The notes: generated by a model not told the origin, from the letters alone. A stretch of DNA of 64,000 nt from an uncultured Candidatus Saccharibacteria bacterium (GCA_964573095.1 CAZNIK010000002.1:71230-135229), one strand, 5' to 3'. Shown: positions 26,624 to 36,905, counted from the first letter of the stretch. Numbers and translations are program-made.

Positions 26624-28105
26624 TCATTTTTCTTGAACATCGTGTACATGAGACTCGGCAAGTCCAGCATTAGTGATCCTCATAAATCGAGTATTTTTAC
26701 GATGATCTTCGATGTTTGAGGCGCCCACATATGCCAAGCTCTTTCTTAACGCTTTGATATAGCCCTCAACCAACGGCACCACCGAACCTTTGTAGGGAAC
26801 ATATGCCTCAACCCCCTCTGGAAGTGGATCTTCCATTCCTGGTGCACCGTAGCGCATTTTGGCCGCACGACTATCTCTAATTGCAGCCGCCGAACCCATT
26901 CCGCGATAGCCTTTTACGCGGCTGCCATTTTTAAGTTCAATTACTTTTCCTGGTGCCTCATCGGTACCAGCAAGCATATTTCCCATCATGACCGAGTGTG
27001 CGCCAGCCGCAATAGCGATTGAAATGTCGCCTGGATAGCGCAGACCACCATCGGCACAAATCGGCACGTCCATGCCCCTTATCGCCTTTGCGGAGTTATA
27101 TACGGCAGTAACCTGGGGCGTACCAATACCGGTGACAGTTCTGGTTGTACATATAGTTCCAGGTCCTTGGCCATTTTTCACGCCGTGTGCTCCCATATCT
27201 ACAAGCAATCTTGCAGACGAGCCCTCCGAGATGTTACCAATCATAATATCAGTGCTAGAAAGCTCTTCCCTTGCTTGCTTGAGAGTCGACTGGGCATATT
27301 TCGAGTCGCCCATTGCTGAATCAAAAACGGCGACGTCAAGATACTTTTCCATACTCTTTATTATGTCAATCGACTCCTCGCTCGTTGGGAATGCCGCAGC
27401 CACAATTAGTCGTCCCTTTTGATCAACGTTGTAGTTTTGCGGGTTTCCTTCAATCACCCTCTGAACGTCAGACAGAATATACATTCCAGAAAGTCCTCCT
27501 GCCTCAGTGACAAGCGGGAGTGTTTTCTTCTTATGTAAGCGCATAATGCTGTAGGCTTCCTCGATTGAAGTGTGTTCTGGAGCCGAGACAACATCCCGCA
27601 GTGGAGTCATTGCATCCGAAACCAACGTGGACCGGTCGCTAAATATCTCAAAGTCATTTTGCGTTAATATACCGACCAGCTTATGATTTTCATCTTCTAC
27701 TGGAAATGTACTAAACTCAAATTGCTTTTTATCCTTTTCTTCCAGCACCATCGATAAGGTTTGCGTGTCTCGAACGGTGACTGGTTTCTCGATAAGTCCA
27801 TTGAGGTGCAGTTTTACACGCCGCACCTCTTCTCGCTGTCGTTCTGGTTCCATACCAGCATGAATCACACCTAAACCACCGAGTTTTGCCATCGCAATAG
27901 CCATCGAGGATTCTGTGACAGTGTCCATCGCTGCACTGACCAGCGGAACTTTGAGCTCTACATTTTTGGTGAACTGGCTGCGAATACTTACCTCTGTCTG
28001 ATCATAATCACTTGCCGCCGTCCGGAGTCGTACGTCATCGAAAGTAAGTGCAAGACCTACACTGTTGTGGTATTCAAAAAAATCATCTTTGCTTAACTCT
28101 GCCAT
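26624..28105 (-). CDS. guaB: IMP dehydrogenase (with CBS pair)
   Basis: GGLGVIH and catalytic loop GPGTICTTR. 493 aa. Confidence 0.95.
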   Translation of the reverse strand: MAELSKDDFFEYHNSVGLALTFDDVRLRTAASDYDQTEVSIRSQFTKNVELKVPLVSAAMDTVTESSMAIAMAKLGGLGVIHAGMEPERQREEVRRVKLHLNGLIEKPVTVRDTQTLSMVLEEKDKKQFEFSTFPVEDENHKLVGILTQNDFEIFSDRSTLVSDAMTPLRDVVSAPEHTSIEEAYSIMRLHKKKTLPLVTEAGGLSGMYILSDVQRVIEGNPQNYNVDQKGRLIVAAAFPTSEESIDIIKSMEKYLDVAVFDSAMGDSKYAQSTLKQAREELSSTDIMIGNISEGSSARLLVDMGAHGVKNGQGPGTICTTRTVTGIGTPQVTAVYNSAKAIRGMDVPICADGGLRYPGDISIAIAAGAHSVMMGNMLAGTDEAPGKVIELKNGSRVKGYRGMGSAAAIRDSRAAKMRYGAPGMEDPLPEGVEAYVPYKGSVVPLVEGYIKALRKSLAYVGASNIEDHRKNTRFMRITNAGLAESHVHDVQEK

Positions 28106-28179
28106 TTTCGCCCTCCAAAAGTGTTAGAAGTTGTATACCACGATAGCACACCACCAAATCTAGCAGCAACGATAAGCAC

Positions 28180-28857
28180 TTACGGTTCACGTATGTCTTG
28201 GGTGGTAATTTCTTGGGGTAATTTTGCGGTGCTAATTGTAAAAGACCCCACAGAAACACGACGAAGTTCCGACAAATAGGCCCCCGTGCCGAGCTTATCG
28301 CCGATGTCTCGAACAAGGCTCCTCACATAGGTTCCGCTGCCGACATTTGCGACAAAGGATACCATGGGATAATCGTATTTCTGCATCACAATTTCGTGTA
28401 TTGTGACAGTCCTGGGTTCAAGTTTTGGCTCTATCCCCTCACGAGCCAATTTATACGCCCGTTTTCCATCAATTTTGATAGCAGAAAACGCGGGCGGAAC
28501 TTGTTCAATCGCCCCCACAAACTGTGCGACGGTATCTTTTATCTGCATTTCAGTAGGCGTATGGGTGGAGACTTGAGTTTTTTGGCCTTCTTCGTCGCCG
28601 GTGGTGCTGGTTTCGCCCAGTTTCATGGTCACTTCGTAGGTTTTATCCAGTTTCGAAAACTCTTGTGCCCGCTTGCAGTACGAACCAACAACCACAATCA
28701 TGAGTCCCGTCGCGAGCGGATCAAGCGTTCCCGTGTGCCCAACCTTAATCTTTTTTCCAGTTCGGGTTTTTAGCAAGCCTCGAATCTTGGCCACCACATC
28801 AAACGACGTCCATTCTCTTGGTTTATCAATAAGGAGTATTCCGTCAACAGCATCCAC
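28180..28857 (-). CDS. truB: tRNA pseudouridine(55) synthase
   Basis: GILLIDKPREWTSFDVV...GHTGTLDPLATGLM (catalytic Asp motif). Confidence 0.9.
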   Translation of the reverse strand: MDAVDGILLIDKPREWTSFDVVAKIRGLLKTRTGKKIKVGHTGTLDPLATGLMIVVVGSYCKRAQEFSKLDKTYEVTMKLGETSTTGDEEGQKTQVSTHTPTEMQIKDTVAQFVGAIEQVPPAFSAIKIDGKRAYKLAREGIEPKLEPRTVTIHEIVMQKYDYPMVSFVANVGSGTYVRSLVRDIGDKLGTGAYLSELRRVSVGSFTISTAKLPQEITTQDIREP

Positions 28858-28865
28858 GAGGTGGA

Positions 28866-30443
28866 TTATACACCAGGCGGAGTCATTGGAGGCGGCACCG
28901 GTGGTGGTGGCCCAATCGGTGCACTACTATGATTATTCTCTTCCGAGCCGTCGCTTTTTTCCTCGTGACCAAGATCAAGGTTCACTGGATTTGCCCCAAG
29001 CGCTTCTATTGGTTCCGGTTTGTATTCATCAACTGCTGCAACCGCGCGTTGTACTGCATCGCGTGCGTTTTCGGGAGCTGGGGGTGGTACATAGGCATTT
29101 TCGATCGCTTGCAGCGTTGGTGGCTGTGGCTCAACCGGCTCGGCGCGGGTATGCGGACTATCGACCGCCTCCTCTATTTCCGAAAGGGTTTTGTCTGATG
29201 CGTCTGGGGTATTGAACTCAGAAATTATCGGCTCCTCGGGTGGGGTTACTTCTTTGGGTTCGGGTAATGGATCGCGACTAAGAATCTGATTGTTACTTGG
29301 AGTTGGAGCGCTCAAAGGGTCAGTCGATCCAGTGTATTGCTGATACTCTGGGATGCTGTTGGCCGTCAGCTGTCCGCCGAGACGAGGTGGCTCAGAAATG
29401 ATACTCGGACTGTCATGATTCACCGCTTCGCTCTTGGGCGCTTCATCTATTACTTCGTCACTCGAAGGCACCTCTTCGCTCAACGGCTGCAACGTGCCAG
29501 ATTCGTCGATCTTGATGTTATCGTCAAGAGCTGGCGGAGGATCATTGCTATGATCAATCTCGATAGTGCCATCTTCGTTGTTTTGAGCAGTCTCAGCATT
29601 GGTTTCCGTCATTTCTTGAGGTGGAGCTGGGGGTTCTTCTAACTTGCTCGCAATGAGTTGGGTGCTTGCACCGGCTGACATGAGGGTACCAGCCACGCTC
29701 ATCGTATGGGGGTTAGATCGTTCATTGCGAAATCGGTCGGTTTCGGCAACGATTCCGGTAAGAAAGGCTGTTGCAATCTGAGCATCTAATAGATCGGCGC
29801 CTATTTCTGCGACCAAGTCACTGATCATTTCTGACAGACTACTTGCCGAGCTATCCAACCAGTTAATCGAGCCAAGTTCTGAGCCCGGCAGAGTATTAAC
29901 AGATATGACTGTGGCGTCATGAAGTATTCGTCCGTGAGACACAATTGCTTTATCGAGATCATTTTTTTCTTTTACCCCGATTGCGACCACCGCATCGACG
30001 TTAAAGTCGCCTTGACTAAAATCAAAGTCTTTTTCAGAAATACTTGTTTTGTAGGGAGTAATAAAGATTTTTACGACGTTATCTTCGACTTTGTAGCGTA
30101 GTTTGTCGGCTTTGGCTTTATCAAGGGAAATAATAAAATCGCGCAGACTATCAGTATTTTTTTCTAAGGTGTTCTCTGGTTTGAGAAATTCAAGCGTTGA
30201 CGGCGGCTCTCCACTAAACACCGCGGTGGCGTGCTTATTTAATTTGTTGAGCGCCAACGTTAGGCCAATACAGGCCGACAATTGATCAACTGAAGGGTTA
30301 TTGCTGACCGTAACAAGAACATTGTTCGCTGAACGAATTCGTTCAGCTACTTGAGAAAACTGATCTTGATTTGGGGTGTTATCTGGCTGCATTTTATTTG
30401 CATTTTTTATTTTTGATGCTGAATCTGTGACTAACAGTATCAT
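28866..30443 (-). CDS. NrnA/DHH-family homologue with degenerate catalytic motifs and a long Pro/Glu-rich C-terminal tail
   Basis: WLDSSASSLSEMISDL and TGIVAETDRF align with B. subtilis NrnA (WVDTSASSVSEMIYEL, AGIVGDTGRF; from memory). The DHH position reads NTL and DPD reads SVD. Residues from about 265 to 525 are low complexity. Lies upstream of truB, as nrnA often does. Confidence 0.75.
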   Translation of the reverse strand: MILLVTDSASKIKNANKMQPDNTPNQDQFSQVAERIRSANNVLVTVSNNPSVDQLSACIGLTLALNKLNKHATAVFSGEPPSTLEFLKPENTLEKNTDSLRDFIISLDKAKADKLRYKVEDNVVKIFITPYKTSISEKDFDFSQGDFNVDAVVAIGVKEKNDLDKAIVSHGRILHDATVISVNTLPGSELGSINWLDSSASSLSEMISDLVAEIGADLLDAQIATAFLTGIVAETDRFRNERSNPHTMSVAGTLMSAGASTQLIASKLEEPPAPPQEMTETNAETAQNNEDGTIEIDHSNDPPPALDDNIKIDESGTLQPLSEEVPSSDEVIDEAPKSEAVNHDSPSIISEPPRLGGQLTANSIPEYQQYTGSTDPLSAPTPSNNQILSRDPLPEPKEVTPPEEPIISEFNTPDASDKTLSEIEEAVDSPHTRAEPVEPQPPTLQAIENAYVPPPAPENARDAVQRAVAAVDEYKPEPIEALGANPVNLDLGHEEKSDGSEENNHSSAPIGPPPPVPPPMTPPGV

Positions 30444-30483
30444 AAGCGGAAAGAAAAGTCCAGAGGTTTTTCATCGGTGATAC

Positions 30484-30512
30484 TTTACAGATAACACTTT
30501 TCAAGCTATAGT
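30484..30512 (+). promoter_or_regulatory. Promoter TTTACA-17-TATAGT for rpsT
   Basis: tttaca at 30484-30489 and tatagt at 30507-30512. Leader of about 55 nt. Confidence 0.5.
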
Positions 30513-30572
30513 AGGACTTCGAATCATTGATAACTGTTAGTTAATAGAATAAGGAACTACCCTTTAAGAGCT

Positions 30573-30929
30573 ATGCCAATAATTAAGTCTGCAAAAAAAC
30601 GAGTTCGTACTGCTGAAAAAGCAGCTGTTCGCAATGTCAAAACCAAGCGAAACGTAAAAACTGCAGTTAAGACGTTCCAAAAAGCTGCGGCCTCGGGAAG
30701 CAAACAAGCCAGCCAAGCGCTTCGTGATGCACAAAGTGCAATTGACATGGCCTACAAGAAGAACGTAATACACAAAAACAAGGCCGCACGAAAGAAAAGT
30801 CAACTCGCAAAAGTCGCAAAAGCCAATGCAACCAACAACAACGCCAAAGTTGTAACCAAAAAAACAGCTACCAAGAAAACTGCTACGAAAAAACCCGTAG
30901 TAAAAAAGAAGCCGGCTGCAAAAAAATAG
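30573..30929 (+). CDS. rpsT: 30S ribosomal protein S20 with a Lys-rich C-terminal extension
   Basis: MPIIKSAKKRVRTAEKAAVRN... The tail is KKTATKKTATKKPVVKKKPAAKK. Confidence 0.9.
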   Translation: MPIIKSAKKRVRTAEKAAVRNVKTKRNVKTAVKTFQKAAASGSKQASQALRDAQSAIDMAYKKNVIHKNKAARKKSQLAKVAKANATNNNAKVVTKKTATKKTATKKPVVKKKPAAKK

Positions 30930-30946
30930 CCTTTGGCTCTAAACCC

Positions 30947-30979
30947 ATCACAAACCGTCCTTTGCGTGCGGTTTGTGAT
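30947..30979. terminator. 11-bp perfect hairpin between convergent rpsT and holA (possible terminator, no T-run)
   Basis: atcacaaaccg-tcctttgcgtg-cggtttgtgat. Confidence 0.35.
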
Positions 30980-31034
30980 ACCTTAACACCTTAATTTATG
31001 TGACTTTTTTACGCGATCGTGTAAATTCGTCGCA

Positions 31035-31958
31035 TTATTTTGTCAGAGATACGATAAAAAAACGCAAAGCGTCATCAAAATTGATGGTCTTCGTTTTGGA
31101 ATTAACGTCAATGTCCCTTAAAAGATGAAGTGTGTCACTGACTTTCTGGACACCCATTTTTTTGGCAATAGACTGACTTTTTTGTACGGCATACGGATTG
31201 AGGCCAGCATCCTTTGCAATCCCCTCAGCCCGTGCATCTTTTGGCGCCCGCGCAACAAGCGAAACAATATGCATTTGCCAAACCAACATTGCGAAAATCG
31301 CTTGTGGTTCAACTTTTTGGGCGCGTTGCGAAGCATAGATTTCGATTGCACGATCAATGCGTCCCGAAAACGCATTATCAATAAGGTTAAAAATCGTAGC
31401 AGTGGGAGTTTCTTCAGTAAGATTTTCGATAGTTTGCCTAGAAATTTCTGGGCTGTATGCAACAAGTTTATCAATTTCGAGCGCAACTTTGGTTTGATTT
31501 AAGCCCACTCTTTCGACAAGGTAGCGTGCATTGCTGGCGGTTATTTTGCCGCTTTTTTCGGTCACAGTGCCTTGCACCCACGCGACGAGAGCAGCTTGGT
31601 CAAGTTCGTTATATTCACAAAAACCAGCTTGCTGCTTGAGGAGTTTGTAGTAGCTACCCCGCTTATCGACTTTTGGTTCTACAATTATCAAATCTGTGGT
31701 GTCATTTAGTTTACGAAAGAGTATCTCTGCGTCGTCAGCTGGAGAAGGGGTTGAGCTCAAGCCAAAAACAACAACCATTTTTCGCGAGGTTAAAAAAGGA
31801 AGCGATTCTACTGCACCAACAACCTGCTCAAAGCTCACTTCGGAGGCGTCAATCCTCTCAAGCCCAAGCTCGGTATGGGCTTTCACAAACTCACGAACCA
31901 TATTGTCGAGCTCGGCTTTCAACCCAAACCAGTTTGTCCCTACAAGTACTTTGATCAT
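31035..31958 (-). CDS. holA: DNA polymerase III delta subunit
   Basis: 307 aa. Delta-like N-terminal pattern (…SLPFLTSRKMVVVFGL…) and matching size. Weak family signal. Confidence 0.65.
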   Translation of the reverse strand: MIKVLVGTNWFGLKAELDNMVREFVKAHTELGLERIDASEVSFEQVVGAVESLPFLTSRKMVVVFGLSSTPSPADDAEILFRKLNDTTDLIIVEPKVDKRGSYYKLLKQQAGFCEYNELDQAALVAWVQGTVTEKSGKITASNARYLVERVGLNQTKVALEIDKLVAYSPEISRQTIENLTEETPTATIFNLIDNAFSGRIDRAIEIYASQRAQKVEPQAIFAMLVWQMHIVSLVARAPKDARAEGIAKDAGLNPYAVQKSQSIAKKMGVQKVSDTLHLLRDIDVNSKTKTINFDDALRFFIVSLTK

Positions 31959-32834
31959 CTAGCGTCGAGTTCCTTTTTGGCAGTTAGGACAGATGTGCGT
32001 ACCGCGGCCCGCCACCCGAATTTTTTCAATCGTCGTACCGCACCTTGGGCATGGCAAACGTTCCCGGCGAAAGACTCTGGCAAAGTTCATGTAGCTTCCT
32101 TTTTTACCCTCTGCATTCACGTAATTCCTATCCGTTGAGCCACCTTTTCTTATTGCCAAACGAAGCACAAAAAGAAGTTCTTTATATAGTACCGCGAATT
32201 GGGCATCGGTTATATCCCGTACAAGAATGCTCGGGTGGATTTTTGCTGCCCAAAGACTCTCGTCAGCATAAATATTTCCCACGCCAGCAAGAATTGATTG
32301 ATCAAGTAGCACCGATTTGATATTGCTGTTTTTGCGTCTTCTGACTCGGCCTGCAAAGACGCTTGCGGTAAACGCAGCAGAAAGTGGCTCTGGGCCAAGT
32401 TTTGTAAAAAAATCCAGGTTTTCAACCTCGCTCGTTGGCACCAAACGCACCCAGCCAAATTTTCGTTGGTCATTAAAAAATAGTGTGCCCTTATCGAGAA
32501 CAAAAATTACTCGCGTTGAGGCATCCGGCAAATTTCCTGTCAATGAATTGGTCGGGTGTCCTGCCCCAAATCGCTTATCTTCCCCTACATACACCAGCTG
32601 GCCGGTCATCTTCAGATGGATTACCAACGAATAGTGGCTATCAAGATCGATAATAATTACCTTCGCGCGCCGCCGAATATTCGTAATCGTCGCCCCAACC
32701 AAAAACGCACGAACATCCGCCTGTGTATTTGGAAATGATTTGGGCCAATCATTCGTAACTTCTGCAATTTGATGCCCCACCAATACACCAAGAAGCCCAC
32801 GACGAACAGTCTCAACTTCTGGTAGCTCCGGCAT
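31959..32834 (-). CDS. mutM: Formamidopyrimidine-DNA glycosylase
   Basis: MPELPEVETVRRGL N-terminus and C-terminal zinc finger CPRCGTTIEKIRVAGRGTHICPNCQ. The track start at 32876 adds 14 residues. Confidence 0.9.
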   Translation of the reverse strand: MPELPEVETVRRGLLGVLVGHQIAEVTNDWPKSFPNTQADVRAFLVGATITNIRRRAKVIIIDLDSHYSLVIHLKMTGQLVYVGEDKRFGAGHPTNSLTGNLPDASTRVIFVLDKGTLFFNDQRKFGWVRLVPTSEVENLDFFTKLGPEPLSAAFTASVFAGRVRRRKNSNIKSVLLDQSILAGVGNIYADESLWAAKIHPSILVRDITDAQFAVLYKELLFVLRLAIRKGGSTDRNYVNAEGKKGSYMNFARVFRRERLPCPRCGTTIEKIRVAGRGTHICPNCQKGTRR

Positions 32835-32858
32835 GATAAGTATTATAAGGTAGATGGT

Positions 32859-33098
32859 ATGAGTAGCAGCATTCACGACATATTATCGACAAAGGACTTT
32901 TCTGAACCTCCCGAACTTCAACAAATAAAAACCTTTGTCGAAAACGCAGTTGGGATAACTCCCCTAATATCCGTCACCACAAGTTCGTTCATCGTCAGTC
33001 TGCCAAGCGCCTCAGCCGCGGGAGCGCTTAGGACACAGATAAATATTCTTCAAAACCAACTCAAAACCAATAAGCGCGTTGTGCTACGCATCCGTTAA
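32859..33098 (+). CDS. Hypothetical small protein
   Basis: Track ORF, 79 aa. No motif recognised. Confidence 0.4.
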   Translation: MSSSIHDILSTKDFSEPPELQQIKTFVENAVGITPLISVTTSSFIVSLPSASAAGALRTQINILQNQLKTNKRVVLRIR

Positions 33099-33604
33099 TT
33101 GTTAGCTAAGTGCTTCAGATACTCTTTCATAGTACTAATAAAACCACCAGTATAAAGCTGTGGATTAATCTGCATATCTTCTGCAAGCTCGGCAACGTCA
33201 TAAAGTTCAAGTTTCTTTACCTCTTCGTTGGGTACAAACTCCCATGCGCTCGGGGCAGAAATAAGATACACACCGAAGATATGAATACAGACCCCTTCGT
33301 CGGAATAGAGTGATTCTGTAATCTTTTCTAGCTCTACTCCTGTAATCCCTATTTCTTCTTCCATCTCACGCAACGCAGCCGCACGGTAGTCCTCTCCCGC
33401 AGACACATGCCCACCCACCGTATGATCAAAGAGCCCACCGTCATCCACCCTAACTTGAACCCACAATTTTTTCGTTTTGGGATCGACAACGAATACAGCT
33501 GCACATCTGTGGGGTATCATTTTTTGGTGCGCTTCTTGTTTGGTGGTAAGCTCACCAGTGGGGTTATCTGATCGATCCACAACATCAAAATATTCAACAC
33601 TCAT
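33095..33604 (-). CDS. Nudix hydrolase
   Basis: Nudix box GGHVSAGEDYRAAALREMEEEIGI. Confidence 0.85.
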   Translation of the reverse strand: MSVEYFDVVDRSDNPTGELTTKQEAHQKMIPHRCAAVFVVDPKTKKLWVQVRVDDGGLFDHTVGGHVSAGEDYRAAALREMEEEIGITGVELEKITESLYSDEGVCIHIFGVYLISAPSAWEFVPNEEVKKLELYDVAELAEDMQINPQLYTGGFISTMKEYLKHLANN

Positions 33605-36255
33605 AGCTCACCCCAGTTTTTGCCTATGCTCGTATCAACTGTCAGCTTAACTGAAAGTTTGTATACCCCCTCCATGATTTCCTTGAGATTACGAGCAATT
33701 TCATCAGCCTCGTGTTCTGGGCATTCTACCAAAATTGAGTCGTGGATTTGAAGCAGTTGGTGTGCATTGTCTTGAGTGTCTAAATATTCTTGCACTCGAA
33801 TCATCGCCAACTTCATTAAGTCAGCTTCTGTACCTTGAATTGGCATGTTAATCGCAGCCCGCTCGGCCGCTTGGCGAACCATATAATTTGACGAGTTTAT
33901 GTCTGGCATCGGCCGTCTTCTGCCCAGTAGCGTCTCGACATAGCCTTGTTCGTGCGCCATCTTTTTGAGAGTATTCATGTAGTCAAGAAGAGGTTTTCTT
34001 AGCTCAAAATACTTATCGATAAAATCTTTGGCAGCGACAAACGTCATACCAGTTGCGGCACTTAACCCGTGGGGGCTCATACCATATAAAATGCCAAAAT
34101 TGATGACTTTTGCATCTCTTCGCATCGTTTTTGTGACATCCTCCGGTTCGCGACCATACACTTGTGCGGCAGTTGCCGTATGCACATCGATGTCTCGATT
34201 AAACATATCAATCAATTCTTTGTCGTCAGCCAAAACCGCAGCCAAGCGCAGCTCAAATTGGCTATAGTCGGCACCAATAAATACCTTGCCCGGACCCGCA
34301 ATAAACGCTGTTCGTATATGATTACCTAGCTCAGTGCGAACTGGAATGTTTTGCAAATTCGGATCATTGGAACTCAACCTACCTGTTTGGGCAATTGTAA
34401 GACTATACGTCGTATGAACACGACCGTCTTTATCGACTTGCTTTGGAAGAGTTTCGACGTAGGTGCTCATTAATTTTGTCACTTCTCGATACTGGCTAAT
34501 GAGCTCGATAATGGGGTGCTGAGAACGTAATTTGTCCAATTCACTCGCTGCAGTAGAGTACCCCGTTTTACCCTTTTTTATCCCTTGTGTCGACAGCCCA
34601 AGTTTTTCAAATAACACAACTGACAGCTGCGATGGACTCGCAATATTAAACTCTTGGTCGGCAAACCCATAAATCTGTTGTTCAAGGTCACTTATGGTGT
34701 CACGCAGTTCCTGCTCAAAGCGTGCCAAATACTTACTATCAAGCAAAATACCGCGGTATTCCATTTCTGCGAGTATCGGAATAACCGGCCACTCTAGCGT
34801 CTCCGCAAGATCGTGCAGCTTGGGTATCTCACGCAACTTTTCCGACTGCGTTTTGTGAAGAGAGCGAATGACGGCGATGATTTGCGGAAGTTGCTGCAGA
34901 TACTCTTCCGGCGGCAGGTGATCGAGCCCGGGCCCTTCATAATCGAGATCTATTTGGGCAATTTCGGTAAGTGACTGTTCTCGGCGGAGACTATCAAGCA
35001 GAAACCCACCCACCAAAATGTCGTGTCCCACACCTTGAAAATCAAGCCCCAACGAATACACGACTTGAATATCAGACTTAATATCATATCCGATTTTTCT
35101 TATGGTTCCCTCAGAACATATCTTCCGCAAGGCGTTCGTCAAACTTTTGCGGTCTAGCGTCGTAAGATCAAACGCGTAGACCTTTGTTTCATCTGGACTC
35201 AGCGCCAGATACATTGAGCCCTCGCCGTGTTTTCCGGTTGCGTAGCTGTGGACTACATACTCTTTCGACTCTAGCTTGAGTGATGACAGTTTTTTCTCAT
35301 TATCAATAATCTCAAGTGCCGGCAGCATAACATCAGAGCTGTGGCTCGGATAATCAACCCGGTCCACCGAAACGCTCATGACCTCTGGAAGTTGTCGTGC
35401 AAGCGACCTAAACTCGAGTTTTTTAAGTAAAGACAAAATCTTTTCTGGATCAACCTGGCGCCCATCAATCTCTTTAAGATTTAGCTTGATTGGCGCATTA
35501 GTCCAAATTTTTGCAAGCTCTTTACTCATGTATGCAGATTTTTTGCCTTCAATTAGCTTTTGTTTTGCACTTCCAGAAATAAGCTCAATATTCTCATATA
35601 CACCGTCCAGCGTCTTGTAGTCTTGAAGCAACTTAATGGCTGTTTTTTCTCCGACTCCAGGAACACCGGGAATATTATCCGAACTGTCACCTTTCAGTGC
35701 CTTAAGGTCGAGGAATTGTTCCGGATCCAAGCCATATTTTTCCGTAAAACTCTCTGGATGATACAGTTCGATGTTACTCAAACCTTTTTTTAGCGCGTAA
35801 ACATGAGTTAGCGGCCCAACACACTGAAGCGCATCAAGATCTGATGTTACCAGCTGCACCTCAATATCCTTTTTATTTGCCTGCTCTGCTAACGCCCCCA
35901 TAATGTCATCAGCCTCGTAGTCATCGAGCTCATACAGCGGCCAACCAAATGCCTCTAGCAGCTCATGGAGAATAGGAATTTGTTCATAAAAGTCGGGTGG
36001 AGGCGGTTTACGACCAGCTTTATACTCTGGATAGATGGCCAAACGACTCCGAATATTTGTTTTTGGCTTGTCCCACGCAACGCACACATAATCGGGCTTA
36101 AGGCGCTTGATCACCTCTAGCGCCATCACCGCAAATCCAAAAACCCCACCGGTTGGTGTACCGTCTTTGGTGCTAAGATTTGGCATCGCGTAGTAGCCGC
36201 GATAAAACACGCTTTTACCGTCAATAATCGCAAACTTCTTGCGCGCCTCCGCCAT
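33601..36255 (-). CDS. polA: DNA polymerase I
   Basis: 884 aa with 5' nuclease, 3'-5' exo-like and family-A polymerase domains (…RRDAKVINFGILYGMS…, …QIHDSILVE…). Confidence 0.97.
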   Translation of the reverse strand: MAEARKKFAIIDGKSVFYRGYYAMPNLSTKDGTPTGGVFGFAVMALEVIKRLKPDYVCVAWDKPKTNIRSRLAIYPEYKAGRKPPPPDFYEQIPILHELLEAFGWPLYELDDYEADDIMGALAEQANKKDIEVQLVTSDLDALQCVGPLTHVYALKKGLSNIELYHPESFTEKYGLDPEQFLDLKALKGDSSDNIPGVPGVGEKTAIKLLQDYKTLDGVYENIELISGSAKQKLIEGKKSAYMSKELAKIWTNAPIKLNLKEIDGRQVDPEKILSLLKKLEFRSLARQLPEVMSVSVDRVDYPSHSSDVMLPALEIIDNEKKLSSLKLESKEYVVHSYATGKHGEGSMYLALSPDETKVYAFDLTTLDRKSLTNALRKICSEGTIRKIGYDIKSDIQVVYSLGLDFQGVGHDILVGGFLLDSLRREQSLTEIAQIDLDYEGPGLDHLPPEEYLQQLPQIIAVIRSLHKTQSEKLREIPKLHDLAETLEWPVIPILAEMEYRGILLDSKYLARFEQELRDTISDLEQQIYGFADQEFNIASPSQLSVVLFEKLGLSTQGIKKGKTGYSTAASELDKLRSQHPIIELISQYREVTKLMSTYVETLPKQVDKDGRVHTTYSLTIAQTGRLSSNDPNLQNIPVRTELGNHIRTAFIAGPGKVFIGADYSQFELRLAAVLADDKELIDMFNRDIDVHTATAAQVYGREPEDVTKTMRRDAKVINFGILYGMSPHGLSAATGMTFVAAKDFIDKYFELRKPLLDYMNTLKKMAHEQGYVETLLGRRRPMPDINSSNYMVRQAAERAAINMPIQGTEADLMKLAMIRVQEYLDTQDNAHQLLQIHDSILVECPEHEADEIARNLKEIMEGVYKLSVKLTVDTSIGKNWGEL

Positions 36256-36261
36256 AGAGGT

Positions 36262-36267
36262 AGTATA
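36262..36267 (-). promoter_or_regulatory. -10 box TATACT, 6 nt before the polA ATG (leaderless layout)
   Basis: Minus strand reads tatact-acctct-ATG(36255). Confidence 0.45.
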
Positions 36268-36311
36268 AACCTTTTTGAATCATTCACCACAAAGGTATCT
36301 TCTTTGCTTTT

Positions 36312-36320
36312 TGCTACAAT
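36312..36320 (+). promoter_or_regulatory. Extended -10 TGcTACAAT, 9 nt before ATG 36330 (leaderless)
   Basis: tgctacaat at 36312-36320, agcgttgga, then ATG. Divergent from the polA promoter. Confidence 0.55.
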
Positions 36321-36329
36321 AGCGTTGGA

Positions 36330-36905
36330 ATGAATCAAAATTATGTGATTGCGCTTGTTGGCATGCCTGGAGCTGGAAAAAGTGTATGCGTAGAATACTT
36401 AGAGTCTCATAAGAAGTGGCCATCGGTGTATTTTGGCGGCGTTACACTCGATGAGTTAAAAGATAGAAAAATGGAAATTAATCCAGATAATGAACAGTTC
36501 ATCCGTGAAGATCTTAGAAAGCAATACGGGAATGGTATTTACGCCGAGCGAATAATAAATAAGCTCGAAAAACTATTTGACCAAGACAAAAAAGTTGTCG
36601 TTGCAGATGGTTTGTATAGCTGGACCGAGTACAAAATTTTTAAAGAAATGTACGGCGACAGGGCCATCGTCATTGCTATTACGGCTCCAAAGCAATTACG
36701 TCATCAACGATTGTCGACACGAAAAACTAGACCCTTAACTGCCGAAGAAGTAACAAAAAGAGATTACGCTGAGATCGAGAATATCGAGAAGGGCGGGCCC
36801 ATTGCCAACGCCGATTACACGCTCGTAAACGACAAGAACAAAGAAAAGCTCCTAAAAGACCTAGGCGATTTGATTTTGGTACTTGATTTACCAGGGACAC
36901 ACTGA
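36330..36905 (+). CDS. P-loop nucleotide/nucleoside kinase (CoaE/UPF0200-like)
   Basis: Walker A VGMPGAGKS near the N-terminus. 191 aa, a small kinase-like size. Confidence 0.6.
   Translation: MNQNYVIALVGMPGAGKSVCVEYLESHKKWPSVYFGGVTLDELKDRKMEINPDNEQFIREDLRKQYGNGIYAERIINKLEKLFDQDKKVVVADGLYSWTEYKIFKEMYGDRAIVIAITAPKQLRHQRLSTRKTRPLTAEEVTKRDYAEIENIEKGGPIANADYTLVNDKNKEKLLKDLGDLILVLDLPGTH

Noticed and set aside
26621-26626. purA and guaB stop codons abut to form the palindrome TGATCA with zero intergenic bases
   Set aside because: The observation is real, but it is most simply genome compaction of convergent genes. There is no structure or motif beyond the 6-mer.
28083-28316. Track ORF 28083-28316 (-) bridging guaB and truB
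   Set aside because: It overlaps the 3' end of truB and the 5' end of guaB out of frame. No motif is present, and the region is fully explained by the two conserved genes and the guaB SD.
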